From NCBI GenBank assembly GCA_000182565.2, contig KQ257450.1: a DNA stretch of 64,000 nt. One strand, 5' to 3'. This stretch comes from Spizellomyces punctatus DAOM BR117 (lineage: Eukaryota). The stretch's first letter is position 1; each line of letters opens with the position of its first letter. The notes under the pieces are model-generated. The model ran no database searches. It saw only the letters and a list, made by a program, of their open reading frames with translations, and was not told the origin of the DNA. Shown here in pieces: positions 23,800 to 35,152 of the stretch. A program made the translations under genes and the position numbers.

Positions 23800-25750
23800 G
23801 GGCGTTCCAATGGCTTACGTCATGGAATACTGACCTTGAACAAGGCGAGCGGGTGATCACCCTACAGCGCCTTCCATGTGGTGAGAGGAGCATCCGCCTC
23901 TTTTTCGAGGGCAGAATGCACTGGTTGTTTGTTGGTCCATCCTTATATTTTTTTCTTTGTTACAAGCGCTTGGACGGTGGCTCGGAGCTCTAGGTTTGAT
24001 ACCATAATAATGGTTACCCGTACATTTTCAGATTAGACTGTATCAGCAACGAGGAATTTCAAGTGCAAGAAACGGACGGTAGTTCAACAGTAGATATTGT
24101 AAGATGCATGTGCAAAAACATTCACTGTAGAATTGTTCTTTGGTTGGTGCGTGACTTTTTTTTTCCTTTAGCTTTCAGGATTCAATATGCCTAAGATATC
24201 ACCCCATTCGTCCATTTGAGAGTTGGGGTACATGCTCCTCCAGATGATATCAAAGATCTGTTGTGTCTGCAAGGGTTCATAAAAGAAAATCCTTTCTTGC
24301 GTCTTGATCATTCGACAGGATCCTGTGAACTATGTCCTGGCGACGTAGCTATCATGACAACTAGTACATGCCTTTGTAATGCCGTGCGTTCTCTCGTCGA
24401 TGCTGTCCTCAATGTTGGAAATACCCAGTCAAAAGCTAGACGCGTTCGCTAGGAGCTCAGTCTCCAGAGTATCTATCCTCCAAAGCGCTGTGGCATAATC
24501 TGATAATGTCCAGTGTTTCGTGTGCGACGGCGACTCAACTACAGGTTCCAATATCCACCTCTGTAGTGATATCTCGAGTTCCAATTCTCTGATTTTCAAG
24601 TCAGCGTTTCGACGCCATTGATATACTTTTAGTTGCAAGGAAGAAAATCGGCGCCAGTTCATAGCATCACTGTCAAACCGGGAAGAAGATGGGGGGACCA
24701 TTGAAATGACTGTTCGTCCTGTGGTTACAGTGTTTGATGGAGTCCCCGGAAATGCCTGTTTTTGGAGTTCATTGATTTCTTCTCGTAGCCGTCGTAGTTG
24801 CGTGATATATTGCCGTCGATATTCCTGTACTTTGTTCCGGAAATTTAAAATTTCACTCTGGGAAGAGTGCTCACGCTCCAATCGTCTCATCGCTAAACTC
24901 AAATGAAGGTGGGAGAAGCCTTTGCACCATGCCCTTCTCTTTATACCAGATGCATCTGCGTTGGGAGAATGCAACCAGAGCTATACTTGGCAAGTTTGAG
25001 AGCATCCTCAAATCAGCTTTGCATTCTCGAGCGGGAAGCATTCGTCCTGTTACTAAAATCTCTTCCATGGCAGCCAAAAATGGCCCCGTGCATCCTTTAA
25101 CCGTATCAACGTCGCAATCCCAAAATAGCTCAATACCGTGGAATGCACTTCAGTCCCTCCTAAATCCCTCCTGATTTCCTAGATAGCATTTATCCAATAA
25201 CTAAAAATGGTCACCAGTGCATCGTCCTGTGGTGGGTGTCGCTTGGTGGAATAAACATGAAAACGTGTACGTAAGCAGTAAGCACTTTTATGTCCTCACG
25301 ATTCGGGTATCCACTAGCACACCCGCAGGGCTGTTACCCTTTGTTATCTAACCACCCGATATTGGTTCTCCTTTTCCGTTCAAAGCCTGTCGAATCATTT
25401 GGACAGAAAATGTACTTATTACTCAGTCCAGTCCACCGGGAACACACCGTAATCATAATACATCTGATATCTATCCGTTGCCCAGCGATATGGATGTACA
25501 GGGCTCTGAATGCCCAACAATTTGTGGTTGCATCAAGCCCTGGTAGGGTAGATGTAGTAACTATGCTATTACAGGCACTCTAAGCCGCTGAACGTCCCCA
25601 CATCCTGCAACGGTACGCTTCCTTGGTCGAATCAGGGTATCGGGATGTACCATGGTTAAAAAAGCCATATTTAGCGGGCAAGGGCGGTCGTCCGAGTCCG
25701 CCCGCCAAAGGTTCTTGAGCCAAAAAATTGATGAGTTTTAACTAGAATTC
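23800..25750 (-). pseudogene. Degenerate coding-like region: 181-codon coiled-coil-like ORF at 24429-24974 plus broken frames on both sides
   Basis: Heptad-like EILNFRNKVQEYRRQYITQLRRLREEINELQKQ; overlapping ORF 24871-25077 in another frame; no clean start or splice model; many in-frame stops up- and downstream. Boundaries approximate. Confidence 0.4.
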
Positions 25751-26482
25751 ATAGTCTCAAACAGTGATGTCGAACTGCGCCTATTGCTGCTTTTTATTTT
25801 TCATATTATTTTGGAGACCACAGTAGTTATTTTTATTTTTTTTTCTGGTCTTGTCCCGATCTGCTTTTTCTTTTGACGACGGAATCCCCAACTGGCGAAT
25901 GATTCCCCAACCCTCCACCATGACGATTATTAGCAATCAAAGCGACAAAAAATCCTTTTTCTTGTCACTTCTTCACTTGCATTCTTCCGGCTGCGGCCCC
26001 AAAACGCCGTTTGTTTTTTACAGTTTTTTGAAGTTCTGAAATGAAAGCACAGAAATTGTGGCGGTCAAGTCACGGGGACAAGCTTAGCTTCGCGGTTGTT
26101 ATTTGCAAAAAAGGTTTTTTTAAACTTGCTAGCTAGTTAACTTTCCTGCAAGGCGCAGTGAGCACTACCTTTTCGCATTATTTTTTTTGCAAGTATCGTG
26201 GCTCATGCAGGTGAGTCGAACTCGATACAATTGCGCGAATGGACCCTTGGTAATAAGCGTTTGGCATTTAACCGTAAAAAGTGGGGAAGCGAACAGTCCG
26301 ACGCCAAGTAGGTTTTTTGTCGCTAAACTTTGGGCAAAACGGCCATCCTCGCCTTTTTACTTTTTTTTAGGGGCCGTGGCAGTTCTAGGAAAAAAAAAGA
26401 GTTTAGCTTTCTACCGAGAGCTTTTGCTACAAACACGTTACTTTGGGAAAAACATCAAGAACGCGATCATGTCCAGCCTGTC

Positions 26483-26489
26483 TATAAAA
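26483..26489 (+). promoter_or_regulatory. TATA box
   Basis: TATAAAA about 105 nt upstream of the ATG at 26594, followed by a C/A-rich leader. Confidence 0.65.
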
Positions 26490-26593
26490 GAGGATCGGTA
26501 GTGCGTTTCCCTTCTCCAGACAATCCACTCAAGCACTACTCATAGCTCATCAGCTCATCCTTCCACAAAACTTTAAGTCTCATCTTTTCAAGC

Positions 26594-27337
26594 ATGCAAT
26601 TCAAAGCCCTCGCGCTCCTTCTCGTTGCCGCTGCACCGGCCGTTTTCGCTGCTCCCGCTCCTGCCGCCAATGTCAAGATCAACTCTGACCTCCGCGTTAA
26701 CCCCGACGGATGGACTCCAATCTATGCCGATTATATCGGCCACATGAAATCTCGATTTGTCAACAAGCCCGTTACAGTTGCTCAAGCCAGCCAAGCCAAC
26801 ACCAAGACTGGCTACTATATTGAGGGCAACAACAACTCTGACGATCTCTTCATGGGTATCATGCGTCAAGTGACCGGACTTGTTCCTAACCAGCTCTACA
26901 AGATGGATTGGAACATTAACATGACCTCTCCCTTTGGCGACAACTGCTTCGGAGTCGGCGGTTCCCCTGGTGGCTCCAACTATGTCAAGATCGGAGGTGC
27001 CACAAACAAGCCCAACGTTGGTCAAAAGAGGACGGCCAGCGGTGATTTCTGGACCTTTACCAACTTTGACCACGGTCACCAAGCCGATGACGGAAAGGAC
27101 ATGTCTACCGTCAGCAACATTTCCGTTCCTGGCGCCGAGTGCGAAGGCACAGAGTACGGTCTTGTCCCCACCATCCTTGATCTGCGCAGGAGACCCGTCA
27201 AGGCTGATGCAAACGGATCCCTCTGGGCAGTCATTGGAATTGACTCTGGCTTTGAGGGTGTCACCGGTGTCTACTACCAACAAATCGCCATTGAATTTAT
27301 CCCTGCTACCGCTGAGGAGGCTGAATTTCCCTTCTAA
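26594..27337 (+). CDS. Intronless secreted beta-rich protein of unknown function, bacterial-like
   Basis: 247-aa single-exon ORF; signal peptide MQFKALALLLVAAAPAVFA; strong C-ending codon bias; motifs GW..YAD, GNNNSDDLFM, GL.PN..Y, CFGVGGSPGGSNYVK.G, N.DHG.Q..G.D, ADANGSLW..IG.DSGFEG.T.VYY. Confidence 0.9.
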   Translation: MQFKALALLLVAAAPAVFAAPAPAANVKINSDLRVNPDGWTPIYADYIGHMKSRFVNKPVTVAQASQANTKTGYYIEGNNNSDDLFMGIMRQVTGLVPNQLYKMDWNINMTSPFGDNCFGVGGSPGGSNYVKIGGATNKPNVGQKRTASGDFWTFTNFDHGHQADDGKDMSTVSNISVPGAECEGTEYGLVPTILDLRRRPVKADANGSLWAVIGIDSGFEGVTGVYYQQIAIEFIPATAEEAEFPF

Positions 27338-27499
27338 AGTCGTTAGAAATAGTGTCCGATAGAAACTCTCCATAGAAACAGTCTTATAGATGGGTCAGTC
27401 GTAGACAGATGAGTAAACTGAGATAGAATTCCTACATGGTATCTCATGTTTAACTTAAGTAATATGTATACTTATGTTGTGCATTACTTGGTGATTCAT

Positions 27500-28760
27500 T
27501 CTACGCCTGAACGGTACGAGACTCTACTAGTAGCTCCTCAGTGCAGCCCCAAATGGGCGTGGTCTGATAGCGTACCTCATCGGAAACCAAGAGGGATGCC
27601 AGGAGTCCTAATATTCTAGGCCATGAATACCTTCAACAGTTTTTGCTTTTCAAATTTGTTCATGGTCTTTTATGATCTGATGATAGGTGCATCGCATACG
27701 CCATGTTCAAGATGATCATGAAAAAGAGTACGACAAAGTAGTAGAAACCTAATGATATTTTATCCTTATCGACAGTTCATTTTTAGAACAATGAAGTTTA
27801 AGATAAACGTAGAATGCCTACGCTCAAAACCTCGCTACGAAACCTCACACCATCATTCGAACAAGTCTGTGACACCATTTATCGTATCCTTCTCTCGCAG
27901 GCGTCCGTCGTGTAAAATATAATCCGTTTGCGCAGGACCTGGTTCATGAGCAGCTTGATCTCATGTAAGACGTGGCATTAACGGGACGGTGAGCATATTA
28001 GCCTCGTACGCAAAATTGCCGCATTCCTTCTCCGCTGAATCATTTGGCAGGGTTTGATCAACAAAAACAATCTTGGGCTCATTGTCTGTCGGCTGAGATA
28101 AAATCAACTCGATGGGACAGCTCAAATAGGTGTTTTTTCTTTTGTGCTTGCGACGAGCCCCATTGTCTCTATCTGAGCCACCGGTTTTGCATATAAATAA
28201 TTTCCATACTTTCCGTATCAACAGCAATATTCACGATTTCTAATGCCCAAGGTATTTCGGTGCAAATTCCCGGAGACCACTCCGCTGCTCAATGTCAATT
28301 ACACTACTAAACCCGAACCGGTAAAGGATACCGCTTTTGGGAGATATACGATGAATTTCTGCGTGAAGTATTGGGTATTTGACGCACCACAGAATATCTA
28401 ATCGGTCGTACTCCGGATGCCAGTGGCATAAAATACGTGTCCTCTTTTCCCATGAGTTTGACGAGATCAGCACTGGTTGATCAAAGATAGGGGTTGAGTA
28501 CGGCCTGCAGTGCAATTTTTCGGTCAACGTCCAATCTTGTCGAAAACATCCCGAAGAAGCTGCTAACCATCCAAACGTAAATGTTGCAGGAATACATGCA
28601 ATATTTCCATTGTTTACACCATGTTTGGTAACCGTATGAAGCAAAGAGTCCCAGGTCACGAATGTCACGTTTCATAGCTTCGTCATTATTAAGCCAGTCC
28701 AAAACAGCACTGCTATCTGGTAGTGTGTAGTTATAAACTCTCAGCACAAATCGTGGCCTT
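27500..28760 (-). pseudogene. Decayed reading frame of unknown family
   Basis: ORFs 28240-28668 and 27961-28227 are in the same frame, separated by only two stops (TAG 28240-28242, TGA 28231-28233); the frame continues downstream with scattered stops; an overlapping open frame lies at 28481-28747. Confidence 0.45.
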
Positions 28761-29988
28761 CATGTTAACCAAGATTCCCTGGGCCCGACGGGGGCAAATC
28801 GCCACTACGGGTATGCCCGAATAATATTTATGCCCACTACATATCAATTGCTAGTCGGAGCACCATATTTCGGAATTGTATTGCTATTCGGGTTAAGCTC
28901 TTGCACTTTCTTTACTCTTTATGAATTCATCAGGTACGTAGAGCCGCAGAGAAATCGCCACCGGGCGATGTGTGATACACTACAACCTGCGTTAAGACAT
29001 ACCAACCAAAACTCACGGCAGGTGCGAATGCGATTGGAAATTACATCTCCCGCATAGCATGCTTGAACGCAACTTTCGACGCTGCAAGCTCGATTTGATT
29101 ATGTCAGAATTTTCAATTTACTTTTAATTGATTTAATTTGCTCAAATTAAATTGGTTCTAAAATAGTTATATTATATGTCCATAATAAGACGTCGCTCAC
29201 CAAACTAAACTCGAAGCACATAGAAAGAAAGCTGCGCATGGGACAAGGAAAGCAGCACAAGCAGAGCTTGGGATATGTGTTGGGCTGGTTGAAGGTGCAC
29301 TGCAACGCTATCCCACGGGTATCATTTACAATGGCCACTGGTAACAGGGCGCTTACCGAATTTATCGGTTAAGCACTCTGGTTACAGCTAAACAGATATT
29401 ACCAATTTTCGGGATCTTCCATCGAGAGAGCCCAAATCGACCGGCGGGCGGAATGGGCAGTTCCGGCTTCAGCTACCAGTACTCACCAGAAACAATCACG
29501 ATTGCCCACGGAAGCCTCACATAGGACCACAAATGCCAACGAGTGCTCTTTGCATCCATATCTCCGCTTGATCACCGCAGCGTTGAGATCTAAAATGGTT
29601 CGACCGAGTTTACGCTTTCGGCGCTTTACCATAGGATGAGATCGGATGATTGAGTTCCTATCTGCTCACATCAAAGGTGTGTGCAGGGCTGGTTATCGAC
29701 AAGTGCGCTAAAGGTGGGCTGCCACTCCTCTCTCACAATGCTGCCTGTTCATCAAAGAGCAGCAAGAGCACCTGTAGAGCAAACATTCAGCGGCTATGCC
29801 CAACTGGCAACTTCAGAGTCTATTCCAAATGGTATGATCATACGATGGTCAGGTTTAGCACAGTCCCAGTTGCCGGATGGTTGTAAATTTAGCTCAAACT
29901 AGCTATGAGTGGATCATACGTGCGAATGGAAAAGAAGGTTGACTGTACTGGTATCATTCGTCTATTTACGTCCTCCTACAAAGCGCCT

Positions 29989-30449
29989 TCAAACAGCTTC
30001 AGTTTTGATTTGTATTCCATGCATCCCTTTGATATCTTCGCTCAACAACTCCGTCACCATTCTATGCTGCTTGACCAGACTCTGTCCTTTGAAAAGAGGG
30101 GAAGCAATTTGAATAGAGTACATGGACCCGCATCCACCTAAAGATAGATAAGAAATTCAATGAGAAAGAAATTCCAAATACGTCATGCATGATTCGTTGG
30201 AGGTCAATACGCACCAGATACGTCGGAAACAAGGAGTTTGGTTGCCTGCAGCTGGTTGGCGAGCTTCTCGTGAATGGTGCGCTCCCCTTGTGTGTAGTTT
30301 GGAGACGGAGCCGCCAGAGGGGTTGACGGGGATGTGGTGTACAGGCGAAGAGACTGTGTTGAAAGGCGGGACCGGGAGGTGATTCGTCGAGCGAGGAAAG
30401 ACATGGTGAATGATCTGTTGAAGGAACCGATCCAAACACTTCTCGCCAT
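29989..30449 (-). CDS. BOL3: Mitochondrial BolA3-like protein (2 exons)
   Basis: Presequence, then YTQGERTIHEKL..VSDVSG/GCGSMYSIQIASPLFKGQSLVKQHRMVTELLSEDIKGMHGIQIKT. Alternative start near 30404. Confidence 0.93.
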
Positions 30450-30577
30450 GAAGTAAGCGATCCAACTACCATGGCAACAAGATCTGGCTGATTCAGCTCC
30501 GCGGATTAGTCAATCCGGCAATCCGAGCTCAGTCTTTCCTCAGCTGCTGCCATCCCGCCGTTCCGCTGTCGTCGCAA

Positions 30578-31635
30578 ATGTCTCTCATCGTCCACCATCC
30601 CTGGTTTCCCTCCTCCCTTCGTACCACTCTTGGACTAGGAGACTACGACCCAACTTATGGCCGCGCAGCCCTCCCTCTTAACGGACATGAGGACTTGTTT
30701 CATTCCGCCCCGTATAGAACGACCGAGACCACCACACCGTTCGGCTCGCACAGTATATTTAGCACAACATGGGAACTCGAGTCATCCACTCCTGTAGCAG
30801 ATTTAATTCATATCCATGGTTTGCATGATTATGCCACACGTTGGGCGGATACAGACTGGCCAAAGGCGTTCGTTGAGGCAAAGTTCCGTGTGACGTCGCC
30901 GGATTTGATTGGGCACGGCCGGTCGAGCGGTAAACATGGTGCATTCACATCTATAGACGAGCAAGTAGATGCCGTAAGGGAGGTGATTATTAAAGTTGTT
31001 CGAGAGAGGGCCCCTTCAGAGTCTGGCAAGATTTTTATTTTGGCTGGTAGCCTTGGAGGATTGGTTGCCTTATCGTATGCACGCAAATACGGTCAGGATT
31101 CCCAGGCCGCCCCGTCTGGAATGGTTATTCTCTGCCCGCTCGTCAATGCTGCGGCCGATTCCAGACCATCATGGACAGTAGAACTGATAGCAAAAGTCCT
31201 ATCACGCGTCGCACCCTCCCTCCCACTCGCTGAAGCCAATCGAGGCAAAAATGGGGGAAACGAGGAGGCTTTCTTCTCGGATCCGCTCACATATCATGGC
31301 CTACTGCGTATAGGAACTGGGTTGGCCATGCTCTATGGTTTTGAGAATTTGCAGGCACACCTGGAAGAGATTAAGACGCCTTTTGTCGTCATTCATGGAG
31401 ACTCTGACCGTGTTACGAGGTATCGTTGTCTAGAGAGATTTGCATTCACTCGGCTCCCTACTTATTTCAAATACCTTACACTAGTCCACAAGGCTCTCAA
31501 GTTCTCTACGAGCGAGCTTCATCTAGCGATAAGACCATTCATATTATTGAAGGTCAAGAACACGATCTGATTCGTGAACCAAAGGCCGCTGAGATTTTAG
31601 CAATTTGTCTAGAATGGCTCAACAAACGGGTCTAA
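30578..31635 (+). CDS. Monoglyceride lipase / lysophospholipase-type alpha/beta hydrolase (intron ~31420-31485)
   Basis: HIHGLHDY, DLIGHGRSSG, nucleophile motif GSLGG, DPLTYHG..R, PFVVIHGDSDRVT, SSDKT..EGQEHDLIREP. Confidence 0.9.
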
Positions 31636-32080
31636 CGTACGTTTTATTTATAGTGACGTTGCTTTTGTGTTTAATTGAACGTTTTGTATTCTGTAAAATT
31701 GTGTCATTTATAAAGACATGTTCGTAGAAAAACCACAGCAGAATGTTAACTTACTTGTCGTCTTACGTAATAACTCTGCACGTGACTCATCCCTCGCTCC
31801 TTCGCGCGCAGGTCGCTGACTCCAACTGACTTTGGGGATGGGAAAAACGGGGGTTTGCTTCATTTGTTCGAGACGGTTTAGAGAACTTTGAAATATACGC
31901 GCAGAGCGTTCACCTTCAAAGCCTTTTTGCTGTTGGTGGGGTGCGAGGCTTTGGGAGGCGCGGAGTTCCTAATTGTTGCAAGAGCTTTTTGAGTTTTTCT
32001 TCACGCGCGTTTGCGTTGACAGAGTTCCCTCTGGTGCACTCTGCAGGTCTTGTTGCTTCTCATTCTCAGTGTCGTTCAAG

Positions 32081-34762
32081 ATGATGCCTCAATCGCCTGG
32101 CACTATGGAGGGAGGCAACGTTTTTCGGATGCCTTCTTCGTCGGGGTTTTTGCAGGACGTGAACCGTGAGGAAAGTTCACCAGGCGAGGAAGGTACCGGA
32201 AGTGAGGAACGTAGGGCCCCAAGCACAGGCCAGGACGGAGGTGGGGATGGTAGTGAGACTGGATCTGGCGGTGGGGTGAGTACATTCTGTTGCGGTAGAG
32301 TGTCTTTGAATTCCTTGCTCATGGAAATTCCCATGGCTGGGAAATGCGCAAAGTCAAACCGGAAACCGCCTACACCATCCGTATCCTCTACCATCAAGCG
32401 GACGAGTCACCACTGGTACACTGGCGTTGCAGAAGAAGCCTCGCGGTACGCACGATTAAACCCGGATGCACCCGAGTTTGCGCCCGTGTTTGAGGCTGGC
32501 CCGCGGTCGGCTCCGCCCGCCCCTGAGAGAGGGCATTTTGGCGGGACACATAGATATGGAGAGGATCTTTGGGACTTTCGAGAATCGCCCACGAGTGAGG
32601 TACGACTTGTTGTTTCGTGTCTCTTTGTTCACGTATTCATGACGTTCTTGTGGTTTAAGATTCCCTCGACCGTGAGCAGCGGGCAGGCACTTGTAGATCC
32701 GTCATCCTACACTATCCCACTTAAATCTGGGAGCAACTTTGATGATGGGAGGGACAAAAGATTGAGGAGGACGGCGTCAGAAAGCCATCTCATGAGTGGA
32801 GTGGAGAATGGGTCCTCCTATGTATGCTTGTTGCTGTTTTCATGACTTATTACATCGAGTATTTATTCTCAATTTAGGCGTCAGTCTCTCCTGTTATTGC
32901 ACAATCTGGAATGGGCACTCGGGCGGGGGTGTCAACCTCGGTAATAGGATCAACCAACCGTGCCCAACAGTACATCACTCCAAACCCATCACCAAGTCGT
33001 CGTGGCTCTCTAACAAGCAGTCATAACGTTACGTCAAGTGTTCCCCCAGGAGCACAAGGTCCTACTTCGGAAAGTACCAATCGCGATAGTCTCGTGATGC
33101 GCACCAAAGCCCTTTTAGAGCATCAGATGCGCACCAATCTCGCTTTCGCTGAAGCTGTTGCAGCTGAATATGGCCGCGAACTATCCGCGCGTATTGAAAC
33201 ACAACGCCGAGCCTTCATGCTAGAACAGAACCGCCGTGTTCAAATGATGGAATTGACCATTCGTCGCCGGGTGGCTGAGGCGGAGGACGCGTTACGACGT
33301 CAATATGAAGACCGCCAAGCGCTCGCATCGCGCATAATTGATGTCAGACACAGTCTAGGGAATGGCGCAAACCTTGACCCCCGATCTATCGGAATGGATC
33401 CGCAAGAACTGGAAAGCATATCGCCAGCAGTTCAACGGCGCATAGCGGAGTTGGTGCGCGAAATGACTATAGCGCGAACGGAAGTAGAGATACATAAGCA
33501 GGCCATGCAGCGACTGCAACAGGAGTTAATCAGAACGCGTGAGGATACGCGGGCCGCTGCGCACGAATCAGGAAATGCCGCTGAGGTGGGTGCCCTTCGG
33601 CAGGCGCTGAGAGACGAGAGGGAACAGAGGCTGCTGTTGGAGGAGAAGGCGAGCGCTTTAGAGTCGAGTTTGCAGGATCAACGAGCGCGTGATTGGGAAG
33701 AAGAGGTTACAAAGTAACTATCCACGCTTACTAACATGGAAGGGCAATACTAATATGACTGGGTCAGATTTATGTCTATGCAGGTCGCGAGAGACGGGGC
33801 AGCTCTAAGCAAAAAGAGGCCCGATGAATTGCTAGCCTTAATTCTCGAAGTGGAAGCTGAACGCGAACGTCTTTCAAAAGACAATATTCTTCTTACGAGG
33901 AGAATAGAGGCTCTTGAGAACGAAGGCGAAGCTGGATCGCTGGATAGCGAATCACGTCCTCCAGACTACAGTTCCGAAAAGTTGGAATCGGAGAAGGAGA
34001 TGAGAGTGTGGTTTGAGCCCCTGCAGGTATGTTTTCTCTGCTACGCAGTGCCGTTCTCATACCGCAGGCTAGAGTCAATCCGCACTTGCAGCGCGAAATC
34101 CTATCTCTGGAAAAAAGCTTAATGTGGACCGCTCCAACAACGCCCCGTATTTCGGAAATCCGAACTAGAATGTTGACGGTGCTCCAAACCCTGGAGTCTC
34201 AATCAGAAAAATTGCGTAACCTTTTGCGCGATGACCGTGTTCCTGAGGGAAAGCGTAAAGATTTCTCGTGGGATTCAGGCGTCTTTGTCGAGAGCGGTTT
34301 GGGTGGCGGCATGTTTTCACCAACAGAATCTTTTGATCCTTTTGCTACCATGGTGCAGAAAAAAGACGGGAGAATGGTTACGGTGAGCGCTGGGCCTTCA
34401 TCTGCAATGGTATATTTTGGGTGAGCCGTCTTTCTCTCTTGCATTCAATCTTTCTGAGAAATACGTTATTCCAGACCAAATCGGAGACCGCCTCGCACTC
34501 TACCCTTGGTACGACAAGTTCCAGTGGAGGCACATCTTCTCGATCACCCAAAGACTATTCCTACGACATTGTCGGCCAAATGTACGCTTCCGCCGGGTTT
34601 GACCTTCAACCACACGACCCCTCCAGTACGTCTGCCGCAACCCCTTCAACAGCGACGCAACAACAGCCACAACAACTTCCATCCACCGGCATGCGCCCTT
34701 CCCAGCAGCCATTTCACTTTGGTCCGTTCCCCATCGGGTCTGTGAACGAAAACAAAACTTGA
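32081..34762 (+). CDS. Hypothetical multi-exon coiled-coil protein with a PAM2 motif
   Basis: Successive open exons (32081-32820, ~32880-33711, ~33769-34026, ~34067-34409, ~34475-34762) bounded by GT-AG introns; LNPDAPEFAP at 32456-32485; long E/R/Q/L-rich heptads. Confidence 0.75.
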
Positions 34763-35152
34763 ACAATACTGTCTGGGACGTTCTGGGACGCAGACCTTGT
34801 CTGATCCGGACAAGGCAAAGATTCTACGATTTGCCAGTGTGTCTCCTTTTCTTTCTTTCTCTTATTTGTAGCAATAAGCTTGGATACCCATGTATAGCAT
34901 TTTTGTCTTTTTCTTTTTCTGATAGGTCACTGCAAATTCCAAATTTCTGTAGATGAGTATTGGATGTTCTGTTTTGTCTTAGTGTTTCAATAGACGGTTT
35001 CTTGGCAGTTGTCTTTGATGAGTCGTTACATATTCAGATTTATATACCAACATTTCTACTACTATGGAGTATCTACGTACAGTCTAAGGTACAATTTGTA
35101 ACATCCAATTTAAAAAGGGAAACTTAGATACAACGAAAATAGGCTGTCGCGT

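Noticed and set aside
26588-27373. 261-codon antisense ORF covering the secreted gene
   Set aside because: In register with the sense frame and explained by its codon bias (few TTA/CTA/TCA codons); no independent protein features.
27345-27455. ATAGAAA-like repeats and an imperfect hairpin after the secreted gene
   Set aside because: Short and degenerate; consistent with an ordinary AT-rich 3' UTR, and no partner terminal repeat was found.
28323-28331. GTATCCTTT (U12 donor consensus) on the minus strand
   Set aside because: Lies within an open stretch of a decayed frame, with no matching TCCTTAAC branch site nearby.
23800-29950. In-frame TGA codons as possible selenocysteine or recoding
   Set aside because: TAA and TAG also interrupt these frames, and all three stop codons are used normally by intact genes in the window; decay is the simpler explanation.
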